Below, one piece after another: positions 38,498 through 51,558 of a stretch of DNA of 64,000 nt; position 1 is the first letter of the stretch, and each line of letters starts with the position of its first letter. Below the pieces are notes generated by a model. That model did no database searches and had not been told where the DNA came from. It worked only from the letters and a program-made list of their open reading frames with translations. Where the stretch lies: positions 19,592,001-19,656,000 of the forward strand of contig OX597841.1 of the NCBI GenBank assembly GCA_951406725.2, in the 5' to 3' direction. Position numbers and translations under genes: made by a program. The stretch comes from Octopus vulgaris (Eukaryota).

Positions 38498-38816
38498 CCT
38501 TTCTACTAGAAGCACAAGGCCTCGAATTTTGGGGGAAGGGATTAAGCCGATTACATCAACCCCAGTATGTAACTGGTGCTAATTTTATCAACCTCGAAAG
38601 GATGAAAGGCAAAGTTACCCTCGGTGGAATTTGAACTCAAACCTAATGGCAGACAAAATACCGCTAAGCATTTTGCTCAGCGTGCTAACGATTCTGCCAG
38701 CTTGCCACTTTGATAATAATAATGATGATGATGATGATGATGATAATCACCCCCCTCTATTGCTACAAATACTAATAACAACCCTAGTCCCACTACTACT
38801 GTTACTACTACAAATA

Positions 38817-38850
<34 letters not shown>

Positions 38851-39180
38851 ATTTTTGGCACCCAGGTGACAGATGAGGTGGGGGTCGATACACAGACATA
38901 AAGTCTGTGTGTGTGTGTGTGAGGTGGGGGGGCTAAATAAAATGGGATGGTTTAAAAAAGCAAAAAAATACACTAGGATGATGATGATGATGGTGATGAT
39001 GATGATGGTGATGATGATGATGGTGGTGGTGGTGGTGACTTTTACAATGATGGTTTTTTAAAAATTGCCACAGGGGGACATTAAGAAGGACAGTGCACAA
39101 TTTGTTGTGGAGGGGTTTAAATAAAAAGATGAGGGGAAAATAAAAACGATGACAATGATAATGATGTTGATGATGATGAC

Positions 39181-39185
<5 letters not shown>

Positions 39186-39229
<44 letters not shown>

Positions 39230-39235
39230 GTAATA

Positions 39236-39280
<45 letters not shown>

Positions 39281-39286
39281 GTAATA

Positions 39287-39335
<49 letters not shown>

Positions 39336-39415
39336 TGATGATGATGATAATAATAATAATAATAATAATAATAGTAATAATAGTAATAATAATAATAATA
39401 ATAATAATAGTAATA

Positions 39416-39472
<57 letters not shown>

Positions 39473-39478
39473 GTAATA

Positions 39479-39523
<45 letters not shown>

Positions 39524-39529
39524 GTAATA

Positions 39530-39568
<39 letters not shown>

Positions 39569-39574
39569 GTAATA

Positions 39575-39623
<49 letters not shown>

Positions 39624-39703
39624 TGATGATGATGATAATAATAATAATAATAATAATAATAGTAATAATAGTAATAATAATAATAATAATAATAATAGTA
39701 ATA

Positions 39704-39751
<48 letters not shown>

Positions 39752-39757
39752 GTAATA

Positions 39758-39802
<45 letters not shown>

Positions 39803-39808
39803 GTAATA

Positions 39809-39851
<43 letters not shown>

Positions 39852-39862
39852 TGATGATGATG

Positions 39863-39908
<46 letters not shown>

Positions 39909-40036
39909 TGATGATGATAATAATAATAATAGCACCAATAATGTTAATAAAATGTTAAATATAAAAAACATACAAAGTGTGTTAATAATCGTAATAATAA
40001 TAATGATGATGATGATGCGGATGATGATGATGATAA

Positions 40037-40098
<62 letters not shown>
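39186..40098. repeat. Compound (AAT)n/(AGT)/(GAT)n microsatellite
   Basis: Direct reading. Confidence 0.97.
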
Positions 40099-40103
<5 letters not shown>

Positions 40104-40459
40104 CCATTTCAATGATGTTGATTATGATGAAAAGGTTTTCTATAAATAGCGAATCCTTGACGGAATTTTCATTGAATTTCTACTGAATGGGATGCAAGAC
40201 AAAAAAAAAAAGGTAGATGGGAAGGGGGGGAAATGATTATGATGGGGAGAAGGGTTAGGGGGCTGCTGCTGCATTGCAGAGATGGTAGTGATGATGATTT
40301 TGATGGTAGCTTAGGATCAGATGCACTCATCCCCACACCAGAAACATACATGCATGTATATGTGAATGCATGCATATATATATATATATATACACACACG
40401 AACATATATACATATATGTATATATATACACAAATATATATACATATACAAATATGTAC

Positions 40460-40490
<31 letters not shown>

Positions 40491-40619
40491 CACACATGTA
40501 CACAAACACATACATATATACATGTTTATATTTGTGTGTGTGTATATATATATTTATATGTATGTATGTATACATGAAGCTGAAATGACAAATTGCAACT
40601 ATTTTAGTTTCTTGCCGTT

Positions 40620-40676
<57 letters not shown>

Positions 40677-41136
40677 TTTACTCTCATCAATTTCTTGAAG
40701 CCCCATTTGAAGAGGATGTCGAGGATAGAAAGGAAGGGGCAGACTCTCTTCCAGTGAAAGGTGGGTGATGGTGGGGGGGGGAGACCAGAAAGTCTGAATT
40801 GGTTTCTAAGTCTAAAGAAACAAAACTGGAAGGGTCCACTTTCAATGCCGAGGGGTTGGCAGAGCAATCTCAGCCTTTTTCTGGGAAGTTTTCCCCAAAC
40901 TACTCCAATTAGATGCTCCACTGTTGGGAATACTATAAACCATCATCATCATCATCATCATTCAGTGTCTGCTTTCCATGCTGGCATGGGTTGGACAGTT
41001 TGACTGGAACTGGTAAACCAGAGAGACGTACCAAGTTCCAGTCTGATCTGGCTTGGTTTCTATGGCTGGATGCCCTTCCTAACGTCAACCACTCCAAGAG
41101 TGTAATGGGTGCTTTTTATGTGCCACCAGCATGGGT

Positions 41137-42250
41137 GCTAGTTATGTGCCACTGGCATGGGTGCTAGGTATGTGCCACTGGCATGGGTGCTAGTTATGTG
41201 CCACTGGCATGGGTGCTAGGTATGTGCCACTGGCATGGGTGCTAGTTATGTGCCACTGGCATGGGTGCTAGGTATGTGCCACTGGCATGGGTGCTAGTTA
41301 TGTGCCACTGGCATGGGTAGGTATGTGCTATGGTGCTAGGTATGTGCCACTGGCATGGGTGCTAGGTATGTGCCACTGGCATGGGTGCTAGGTATGTGCC
41401 ACTGGCATGGGTGCTAGGTATGTGCCACTGGCATGGGTGCTAGGTATGTGCCACTGGCATGGGTGCTAGGTATGTGCCACTGGCATGGGTGCTAGGTATG
41501 TGCCACTGGCATGGGTGCTAGGTATGTGCCACTGGCATGGGTGCTAGTGTATGTGCCACTGGCATGGGTGCTAGGTATGTGCCACTGGCATGGGTGCTAG
41601 GTATGTGCCACTGGCATGGGTGCTAGGTATGTGCCACTGGCATGGGTGCTAGTGCCACTGGCATATGTGCCACTGGCATGGGTGCTAGGTATGTGCCACT
41701 GGCATGGGTGCTAGGTATGTGCCACTGGCATGGGTGCTAGGTATGTGCCACTGGCATGGGTGCTAGGTATGTGCCACTGGCATGGGTGCTAGGTATGTGC
41801 CACTGGCATGGGTGCTAGGTATGTGCCACTGGCATGGGTGCTAGGTATGTGCCACTGGCATGGGTGCTAGGTATGTGCCACTGGCATGGGTGCTAGGTAT
41901 GTGCCACTGGCATGGGTGCTAGGTATGTGCCACTGGCATGGGTGCTAGGTATGTGCCACTGGCATGGGTGCTAGGTATGTGCCACTGGCATGGGTGCTAG
42001 GTATGTGCCACTGGCATGGGTGCTAGGTATGTGCCACTGGCATGGGTGCTAGGTATGTGCCACTGGCATGGGTGCTAGGTATGTGCCACTGGCATGGGTG
42101 CTAGGTATGTGCCACTGGCATGGGTGCTAGGTATGTGCCACTGGCATGGGTGCTAGGTATGTGCCACTGGCATGGGTGCTAGGTATGTGCCACTGGCATG
42201 GGTGCTAGGTATGTGCCACTGGCATGGGTGCTAGGTATGTGACACTGGCA
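41137..42250. repeat. 26-bp minisatellite, about 43 units
   Basis: Unit atgtgccactggcatgggtgctaggt, nearly invariant, growing out of a minus-strand RTE 3'-UTR copy. Confidence 0.97.
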
Positions 42251-42691
42251 CCGTCCACAATTAGGATTTTACATTTTGGTCGGGTCGGGGGGGGGGTCAA
42301 TAAAATGTGAATCAATCGAGTGCTGGGGCTGATGTAATCAACCAATAAATTTATTGATTTTTCTAAATTCTATTTTTAGATCTTTTGACTTTTCTTTATT
42401 GTTTTTTGTTTCCTTTTTGATTGATGTTAAACCATTAATCATTATTAACGGAGTACAAGGTGGCCGGCTGGCAGAATTGCTAGCACGCTGGGCGAAATGC
42501 TGAGCAGTATTTTGTCTGCCGTTACATTCTGAGTTCAAATTCCACTAAAGCCAACTTTGCCTTTTATCCTTTCGGGGCCAATTAAATAAGTACCAGTTAC
42601 GCACTGGAGTTGATGTAATCAGCTAGTCCCCACCCCCAAAATTTCAGGCGTTGTGCCTTTTGTAGAAAGGATTACTAAGGGAGTGCAAGAT

Positions 42692-42728
<37 letters not shown>

Positions 42729-43620
42729 GGAATTTTGAGCACTGACAAAATGCTTTCTTTTTTTTCTTTTTTACTTGTTTCAGTCATTTGACTGCGGCCA
42801 TGCTGGAGCACCGCCTTTAGTCGAGCAGAACGACCCCGGGACTTATTCTTTGTAAGCCCAGTACTTATTCTATCGGTCTCTTTTTGCCGGACCACTAAGT
42901 GACGGGGGCGTAAACACACCAGCATCGGTTGTCAAGCAATGCTAGGGGGACAAACACAAACACACAAACACACATATACACACTTATATATATATACATA
43001 TATATGACAGGCTTCGTTCAGTTTCCGTCTACCAAATCCGCGGCTATAGCAGAAGACACCTGCCCAAGATGCCACGCAGTGGGACTGAACCCGGAACCAT
43101 GTGGTTGGTAAGCAAGCTACTTACCTAACAGCCACTCCTGCTTAGTGGCATTTCATTTGTCTTTATGTTCTGAGTTCAAATCCCCCCAAGGTTGTCTTTG
43201 CCTTTCGTCATTTTGGGGTCAGTACAGTTAGTATCAGTGGAGCAGTGGGGATGATGTAATCAATTACTGCCTCCCCTGAAATTGCCGGCTTTGTACCAAA
43301 ATTTGAAATCATTATGAACAGATATTCTACTTGTTATATGTTCAAACTTGCCAGATCCAGCCTCTTACACCTACCCTACAATGTCATTCTAAAAATAAAC
43401 ACTCATGCCACAGAAACCTCAAAGCTATGAGATAATCCATGATTAATTCAAAGCAATGTGGATAAATAAGCATTACATTTGAGGGGAATAACCCAAATGC
43501 CAAAAGGGTTAACCATTTCAATATAAATCCCTACTGTCCATTGTTTAAGTATAATCCTAAATATTTTTGCAGCTTTTGCAGCCAATGAACAACAAACTAT
43601 TATTATTATTATTGATGATT

Positions 43621-44822
43621 TGCTAGAATAAGAATAGCCTGGGCAAAGTTCAGAGAGCCCTTACCTCTGCAGGTGACAAAGGGCCTCTCGCTCAGAGTAA
43701 AAGGCAGACTGTATGACGCATGTGTACGAACAGCCATGCTACATGGCAGTGAAACATGGGCTGTGACTGCTGAGGACATGCGTAAGCTCGCAAGGAATGA
43801 AACCAGTATGATCTGATGGATATGTAATGTCAGTGTGCATACTCGACAGAGTCTAAGTACCTTGAGAGAAATATTGGTCCTAAGAAGCAGGAGATGGGGT
43901 GTGCAAGAGAGACGTTTGCGCTGGTATGGTCATGTGGCAAGAATGGATGAGGATAGCTGTGTGAAAAAGTGCCACACCCTAGTGGTTGAGGGAACCTGTG
44001 GAAGAGGTAGACCCAGGAAGACCTGGGATGAAGTGGTGAAGCATGACCTTCGAACTTTAGGCCTCACCAAGGAAATGACTAGTGACCGAGACCTTTGGAA
44101 ATATGCCGTGTGTGAGAAGACCCAACAAGACAAGTGGGACCATAATCTGTGGCCTTTACCAGGGGTGCAGCCAGCCTAATTATGCGTACCTTTCCTTCTT
44201 GGGATGCAAAACTCCGCTTGTGAAGACCTGTTGATGCAAGTGAAATCGAACCAAATTCGATGACTGGCACCCATGCCAACCTTCCTTCATTGGACACTAA
44301 ACTCTGCATGCAAAGACCTGTTAGGACAAGTGAAATCGAAAATCAAAATTGAACCAAATTCGATGACTGGCACCCGTGCCAGTGTAGTGCTAACAGCTCC
44401 ATCTGAGCGGGATCGTTGCCAGAGCAGCTGCCCGGCTTCCATGCCAGTGGCACATAAAAGACACCATTTGAGCGTGATTGTTACCAGCGTCACCTTACTG
44501 GCACTTGTGCTAGTGGCACGTGAACAAACCATTCGAGCAAGGTCATTGCCAGTGCCACTAAACTGACTCCTGTGCAGGTGGCACGTAAAAAACACCATTT
44601 GGGCATGGCCATTGCCACTACCACCAGACTGGCCCTTGTGCTGGTGGCACATAAAAGCACCCACTACACTCTCGAAGTGGTTGGCATTAAGAAGGGCATC
44701 CAGCTGTAGAAACTCTGCCAGATCAGATTGGAGCCTGGTGCAGCCATCTGGTTTGCTAGTCCTCAGTCAAATCGTCCAATCCATGCCAGCATGGAAAGCG
44801 GACATTAAATGATGATGATGAT
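43621..44822 (+). mobile_element. Second, more truncated copy of the same RTE LINE
   Basis: Closely matches 26875-27390 at the nucleotide level (ARIRIAWAKFRE...ERRLRWYGHV), with the same 3' UTR and (GAT)n tail. Confidence 0.9.
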
Positions 44823-45122
44823 TATAAAGGTGGCTAGCTGGCAGAGACGTCAGCATGCCGGGTGAAATGCTTAGCGGTATTTCGTCTGCTGTTACGTTCT
44901 GAGTTCAAATTCCACCAAGGTCGACTTTGACTTTCATCCTTTCGGGGTCGATAAATTAAGAACCAGTTACGCATGTTTGTATGGATTGTGGATTGTTTAT
45001 CTTCTATCGTAATATTGGATATATTGGAATCTATAATGTTTTGTCAAGTGAAGATTACTATAAAGATAATAATATTGTTATTATTGATAAATATTATAAT
45101 AATAATAATAATAATAAAAATA

Positions 45123-45162
<40 letters not shown>

Positions 45163-45474
45163 TAATAATAATATTAGTAATAATTGATTATTGTTTATGT
45201 AGTCATGAGCATAGACGTATGTATATGTTCCAGTATATATGTATATATATGTATATATATGTATATATATGTATATGACGGATGGTCTATTTACTTGGAC
45301 CTATTGTTTAATTTGTTTATTTATGTGTTTATACACATGTAAAAGTATATATACTCTGCTTATGTATGTATACTTGTATATGTGTAAGTGTATATGGATA
45401 TTTGTTCATATTTTTATATATATTAAATTATACATGTATCCTGTTTCATGCATTAATATTTTAAAGTTCTTTAT

Positions 45475-45606
45475 AATCTCTGACGAGGCCTATGGTTATA
45501 TATATAAGTACCCTATTTTTAAATGCCTACAAATCTCAATATAACTGACAACTATAGGCACTGAAGAAAAAACTACTTTTATCCATAGGCTGAAACAGCT
45601 GTGATT
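45475..45606 (+). ncRNA. Decayed hammerhead with a very long stem-II loop
   Basis: aatct-CTGACGA-g-gcctatgg(about 87 nt)ccataggc-t-GAAA-cagct-GT-gatt: palindromic ACAGCTGT, with about 2 nt apparently missing at the cleavage site. Confidence 0.55.
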
Positions 45607-46508
45607 TTAATGATTTCAATATTTTATATTATGATTTTTATAATTTGTATTCTTATCTTATATGTATTGAATTACAATGTATATATGTATGTTATTGAGG
45701 TTCCCATTTTTGTTAAATGAATAAATAAGTGAACATTCTAATATCCGAAAGCTGATGGACCAACTAAATTCATCATCATCATCGTTTAACGTCCGCTTTC
45801 CATGCTAGCATGGGTTGGACTATTTTGACTGAGGGCTGCACCAGGCTCCAATCTTGATTTGGCAGAGTTTCTACAGCTGGATGCTCTTCCTAACGCCAAT
45901 CACTCCAAGAGTGTAGTGAGTGCTTTTTACGTGCCACCGGCACAGGGGCCATTCAGGCGGAACTGGCAATGACCTTGCTCGAATCTTTTTACACATGCCA
46001 CCGGCACAGGTGCCAGTAAGGCGACGTGACCCAACTAAATTGTTTCTCCATTTTCTTATTTGTATTATAAATTACTGGTAAAATATTTCTTTATCTTCAT
46101 CCGTTTAATACAATAAATAAGTTAATTGCATTGCAATTAAAAACACTTGTGTATTAAGAATTTGGGTATTATACCAACAGTATATTGGATAAATATTATC
46201 CCTTAGTGGGTTGCACCCATAACCCCTATCTTACTTTGTGTTATATATATGTATATATATTATGGATTAGATTACATAAAATCTACTTGACTATATAAGA
46301 TAAAGATATGCTGAGAAATATATAGATCCATCCATGTATCTATGTATGTGTGCGTGAGTGTGAGAGAGAGAGAGAAAGTATGTATGTATGCATATATGTA
46401 TGTGTCAAAGAACAGACACGTTACAAGCCAGTCGTATTATTTCCAGGAAATCTTTATATTTTCTGAGAAAACTAGACAGCCCAGCTTTAAGTTCTTTTAG
46501 AAAGAGTC

Positions 46509-46850
46509 TGTTACGATAAATACTTTCACTTTGTTTAATGCCTTCAGCCTCCTTCTTCCTCTCTCTTTCTTTTATCTTCTTTTTCTACATCGCTGCTCTC
46601 CTCTGTGTGTGTGCGTACCTGCATGTGGGTACTTGCGTGTGTGTGTGTGTGTGCATAATTGAAAGCTGAAGCATCAGACGCATTGTTACTTTCCGTTTGT
46701 CGTCGGCGACGACCTCCCGACCATACTCACGCACACAGACTTAGTACTGGTCGATGTACGCTGTGGTTCACTATCAATAAATAAATACTATAAGGCCTGG
46801 TGCATTGATTTGCCCTCGACTTATACATACATAAGTATTGCCGATATTAC
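46509..46850 (+). mobile_element. Possible solo LTR truncated by a SINE
   Basis: Begins TGTTAC, has AATAAA near 46776, and ends gatattac at a SINE boundary. Confidence 0.25.
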
Positions 46851-47656
46851 TCTTTTTACTCTTTTAGTTGTTTCAGTCATTTGACTGCGGCCATGCTGGA
46901 GCACCACCTTTAATCGAGCAACTCGATCCCGGGACTTATTCTTTTGTAAGCCCAGTACTTATTCTATCGGCCACTTTTGCTGAACCACTAAGTGACGGGG
47001 ACGTAAACACACCAGCATCGGTTGTCAAGCAATGCTAGGGGGACAAACACAGACACACAAACACACACACACTCATATATATATACATATATACGACGGG
47101 CTTCTTTCAGTTTCCGTCTACCAAATCCACTCACAAGGCATTGGTCGGCCTGAGGCTATAGTAGAAGACACTTGCCCAAGGTGCCACGCAGTGGGACTGA
47201 ACCCGGAACCATGTGGTTGGTAAACAAGCTACTTACCACACAGCCACTCCTGCGCCTATATATATATATATATATTTTTACTTTTCAAAAATTCCAGTTC
47301 TAAAGGGACGAAACAAACCCAAGCAATGCCGGGCGATACTGCTAGTAATTTATACAACGAGCGCCTAGTTTTTGTGATTCACATATTATATATATGTGTG
47401 CATGAGCGTGTGTGTGTGTATAAACCCAAGAGGAAGTCGTTTATTTACAGAATAAAAAACGTGATATTTTCCCATAACAAATAAATGGCTATTATTATAT
47501 AACTCTGTTCTTATTAAGTACATGTCACGTATTGCCGAAGATAATCACTCGAATTTCAATGGCTTTTAAATTAAATTTGACCTTCTGTCTGAGCATTTTA
47601 ATAAATATATATATATATGTTGTATGTGTGTGTATATGTATGTGTATATATATATA

Positions 47657-47708
<52 letters not shown>

Positions 47709-47724
47709 TATAGATATATATATA

Positions 47725-47781
<57 letters not shown>

Positions 47782-48225
47782 CTATCTACATATATACATA
47801 TATATATGTATCTCTCTTTCTCTCTTTATATATAATTGTTTTTACTGTATATATATATATATGTATATATTGAGAGAGTTTACGTAAAAAACAAAAGACA
47901 AAGACAGGTGGTGTACAAAACAAACAGGTGTATTAGTATAATGCTCAGGAATAGAAAAAATTCTTTTACGTTTCGAGCCTATGCTCTTCTACAGAAAGGG
48001 ACACAGAAAAAACAAGGAGAGAAAATAAATGTGTGTAGAGGCTAACGATCTATCATGGCGTCATACACACACACACACACACACACAAATATATATATAT
48101 ATATTATATATGTGTATATATATATATAACGGGAAGGTTTACGAAAATAAACAAAAGACGAAGGCAAGTGGAGTACAAACAAACAATTGTATTAGTATGG
48201 CACTCAGGAATAGAAATAAAACAAG

Positions 48226-48263
48226 TCTTTTACGTTTCGAGCCTATGCTCTTCGACAGAAAGA
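48226..48263 (-). ncRNA. Hammerhead-like motif, A6U core variant (family of three)
   Basis: tcttt-CTGTCGA-a-gagc(atag)gctc-GAAA-c-GTA-aaaga. Sister copies at 47963-47998(-) (CTGTAGA) and 9638-9675(+). Confidence 0.55.
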
Positions 48264-48289
48264 TACACAGAAAAGAAACAAGGAGAGAG

Positions 48290-48550
48290 GGGAAAGTCAT
48301 TCTCTTTTAGTGCCTTACGACAAACACATTCACCAGTTCGATTTCCATTCATTTACTTATTTATTTTATTTCCTACAATTTTCGTTGCTTCTTCCAACCT
48401 CTACAACAGTTGTTGACTGTTGGACAGAGTGAACAACTATTGAAAAAGTTTTAGGAGGGAACGAAAATTTTAGAAAAAAAAAAAAAGTAAATGAGTGGAA
48501 ACTGAACCGGAGAGTGTGTTAATAAGGCATTAAAACAAAATGACTCTCCA
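48290..48550. mobile_element. Degenerate palindromic MITE-like element
   Basis: gaaagtcattctcttttagtgcctta...ccagttcgatttcc versus ggaaactgaaccgg...taaggcattaaaacaaaatgactctcc. Confidence 0.65.
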
Positions 48551-48633
48551 CCAAAAGCAACAAATATGCTTCAACACGCCAATTCACATAAAGAATCTTG
48601 AAAACTAAATACAAAATCGAAATATATACATAC

Positions 48634-48695
<62 letters not shown>

Positions 48696-49572
48696 TTACT
48701 CCATATTTCGAGCATTTACGACAATATGTGCCTTCGAGGAAGCAGTTGCTCCTTCACACCAAATTAAAATTTGGGATTTGCGGAGGCTCCAAAATGGGAC
48801 AAGAACGCAAAACATCCAAATAGACGATACAAAAAACACGGACGGGTCATTCGAAGAACCGGATCATCCTCGCAATTTCGACTGATTAATCTTGAGATTG
48901 CTCCAATCCGGCCAACCCCAAGGAAAACCTAAGCCATGAGTATTAGATTCCTTGGCAAAAAGCATCGAATATATAAGAACAAGGACGGGAAAACGGACGA
49001 CGTTACACGAATATAAATACAAAATAATACAAAAAAAAACAATAATAATAATAATAATAACAGGAAATAACAACAGTTATGTACCCCCTAGAATTTTTGC
49101 GGAGTGCCAAATCAAAAGTTGCACCCCTGCTTACTTTTCTCACGTTTAGAAAACAATGAATAAAAAGTGATCAATAAAAAGCAGCTCGAAGTTAGTTTTC
49201 TGAAAATTTTGGGACCTGAGTTTGCACCCGCTAAGACAAATATCTTTCCCGAGCCAGTAACTGTAATGCTCAAATGATTCGAACGATTCTGATGTCTTTA
49301 CGAGGGACCAGTTTTGCGGGGGTAAAGAGGGGCTATAAGAGGAATCCGATGCATACATAAGTATATATACTTGTGTGTAAATCCACGTGTATATAATTGC
49401 TTTGCATAGACGTGAATATATGTGTGTGTATGTGTCTACCAACTCGTAGCTTCTATTAGTTTTCTAAAATAATTGTGTTTCCATCTTGGATATTTCATAA
49501 GGAAAATCAAATTGAATCGACCATAATTCTTGGCTTGGTACTTCATTTCATCGACTCTAAAAGATGACAATA

Positions 49573-49605
<33 letters not shown>

Positions 49606-49778
49606 GATGATGATCATAATAATAATAATAATAATAATAATAGGGCTTCGTATATTTTATCCCAGTGTCACTTTGATGGCATGCACTGCTCTCTCACTCA
49701 ATAATAATAATAATAATAATAAACTCCGTAGGATTTGAACCCAGAGCGCAGTGTTGTAAACTAATGTGTACCTACAAG

Positions 49779-50176
49779 GGATCTTTTCGGTTTGAACGGC
49801 AGTTTTTAACATAATTTCTAGGTAACTGAAAAATTTTAAACTTCGTATACTGGTAGAATGTGTTTATAAAACATCTTTTTCTTTTGGCTTTATTGAGAAA
49901 ATTCTATAGTTTGTAAGATATTTGGTCTTTAATTTCTTGCATTTCGGCAATTTCAACCAATCAATGACCGTCTATTGAGGTGAAAACATTCTGTGCCGTA
50001 TGAATATGTCCCTCGTTTAAGAAACAGATTGAGTGTGAAGAAACAAAGATACCCTTCCACCCACCCCTAACCTAAAACAGATTGAAATGCAATAGATCGA
50101 TACTAGGGTCATAATTATGGGTGACAATTTCATATGACACTGCTAGAAAAAACTGCCGTCCAAACCGAAAAGATCC
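49779..50176. mobile_element. MITE with about 28-bp terminal inverted repeats
   Basis: ggatcttttcggtttgaacggcagttttt ... aaaaactgccgtccaaaccgaaaagatcc (one mismatch). No clear TSD. Confidence 0.85.
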
Positions 50177-50349
50177 TCTCCCAGTCTATCATTGTAATTA
50201 TTTACAACAATCTATAAATCTATCTCCATCCATCTATCAAGCTGTATGTCTTCAGACTCTCCTCTATTCATCCATTCTAGCTACCTGTCCACTTACGTAT
50301 TTATCAATTCAGCTATCTAGCAACTTATCCGTCCATCTCTGTTCATCAG

Positions 50350-50452
50350 TCCATCTTTCTTTCCATCCATCCATCCATCTATCCATATATCTATCTATCT
50401 ATCCATCCATCCATCCATCCATCCATCCGTCCGTCCGTCCGTCCGTCCGTCC

Positions 50453-50485
<33 letters not shown>

Positions 50486-50486
50486 C

Positions 50487-50524
<38 letters not shown>

Positions 50525-50562
50525 GTCTGTCTATCTATCTATCTGTCTGTCTATCTATCCAA

Positions 50563-50597
<35 letters not shown>

Positions 50598-50721
50598 CCT
50601 ACCTACCTATCTCTCTCTCTATCTATCTATCTATCTATCTACTTATCTATCTATCTATCTATCTATCTGTCTGTCTATCTATCTATCTGTCTGTCTATCT
50701 ATCCAACTATCTATCTATCTT

Positions 50722-50752
<31 letters not shown>

Positions 50753-50930
50753 GTCTGTCTATCTATCTGTCTGTCTATCTATCCAACTATCTATCTATCT
50801 ATCTATCTATCTACCTACCTACCTATCTCTCTATCTATCTATCTATCTACTTATCTATCTATCTATCTATCTATCTATCTGTCTGTCTATCTATCTATCT
50901 GTCTGCCTGTCTGTCTGTCTGTCTATCTTT
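50350..50930. repeat. Compound (TCCA)/(TCCG)/(TCTG)/(TCTA)n microsatellite
   Basis: Direct reading. Confidence 0.97.
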
Positions 50931-51476
50931 ATTCCTTTCATTCCATTTATTTATCAATCCATCAATCAATCATCCATTAGTTTGTCTCCTTACCAATCTG
51001 TCAATCTTTCGATCCACCATTCCATCCACCATCCTCCTATCAGTCTCCCAGTCGATCTATCTCTTTCTTTCCTTTTCTTTGTCTGTCTGTCTGTCTGTCT
51101 GTTTATCAATCAATCAATCAGTCAACCTATCTATCAATCAATCAGTCAACCTATCTATCAATCAATCAGTCAACCTATCTATCAATCTCTTCGTCTCTCC
51201 AGCAACAAACCATTCTATTTTCACACATTCACCTCCAACCCATAATTCAACCACAACCATCATACATACACATCCAGCTTCTATGCGTTTTGTCTACAAC
51301 TGTGCGTGTCTACGTGTATCTGGCTGTATAAATATGTTTAGATGTGTTTCTATATGTGTGTTTAGTTGTGTAAATGTGTATTTGGCTACTTGAATGTGTG
51401 CGTGTGTGTGTGTGTATCCGAATGCGTAAATATATTTGTATACCTGTGTATGTGTGCGAGCGTAAATATGTTTGGG

Positions 51477-51516
<40 letters not shown>

Positions 51517-51558
51517 TGTGTAAATAGATGAGTCGATGTGTTGGGGGGGAGGGAGAAT

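Noticed and set aside
39117-40149. Poly-Leu and poly-Ile ORFs, and similar ORFs at 33768-34306, 50121-51245, 54569-56462 and 62380-63047
   Set aside because: Microsatellite translations.
40604-41003. Non-repetitive ORFs at 40.6-41.0 kb and 57689-57985
   Set aside because: No recognisable homology or consistent splice signals.
41137-42250. CRISPR-like array (also 57976-58306 and 61454-61863)
   Set aside because: Units are contiguous with no unique spacers, there are no cas genes, and the context is eukaryotic.
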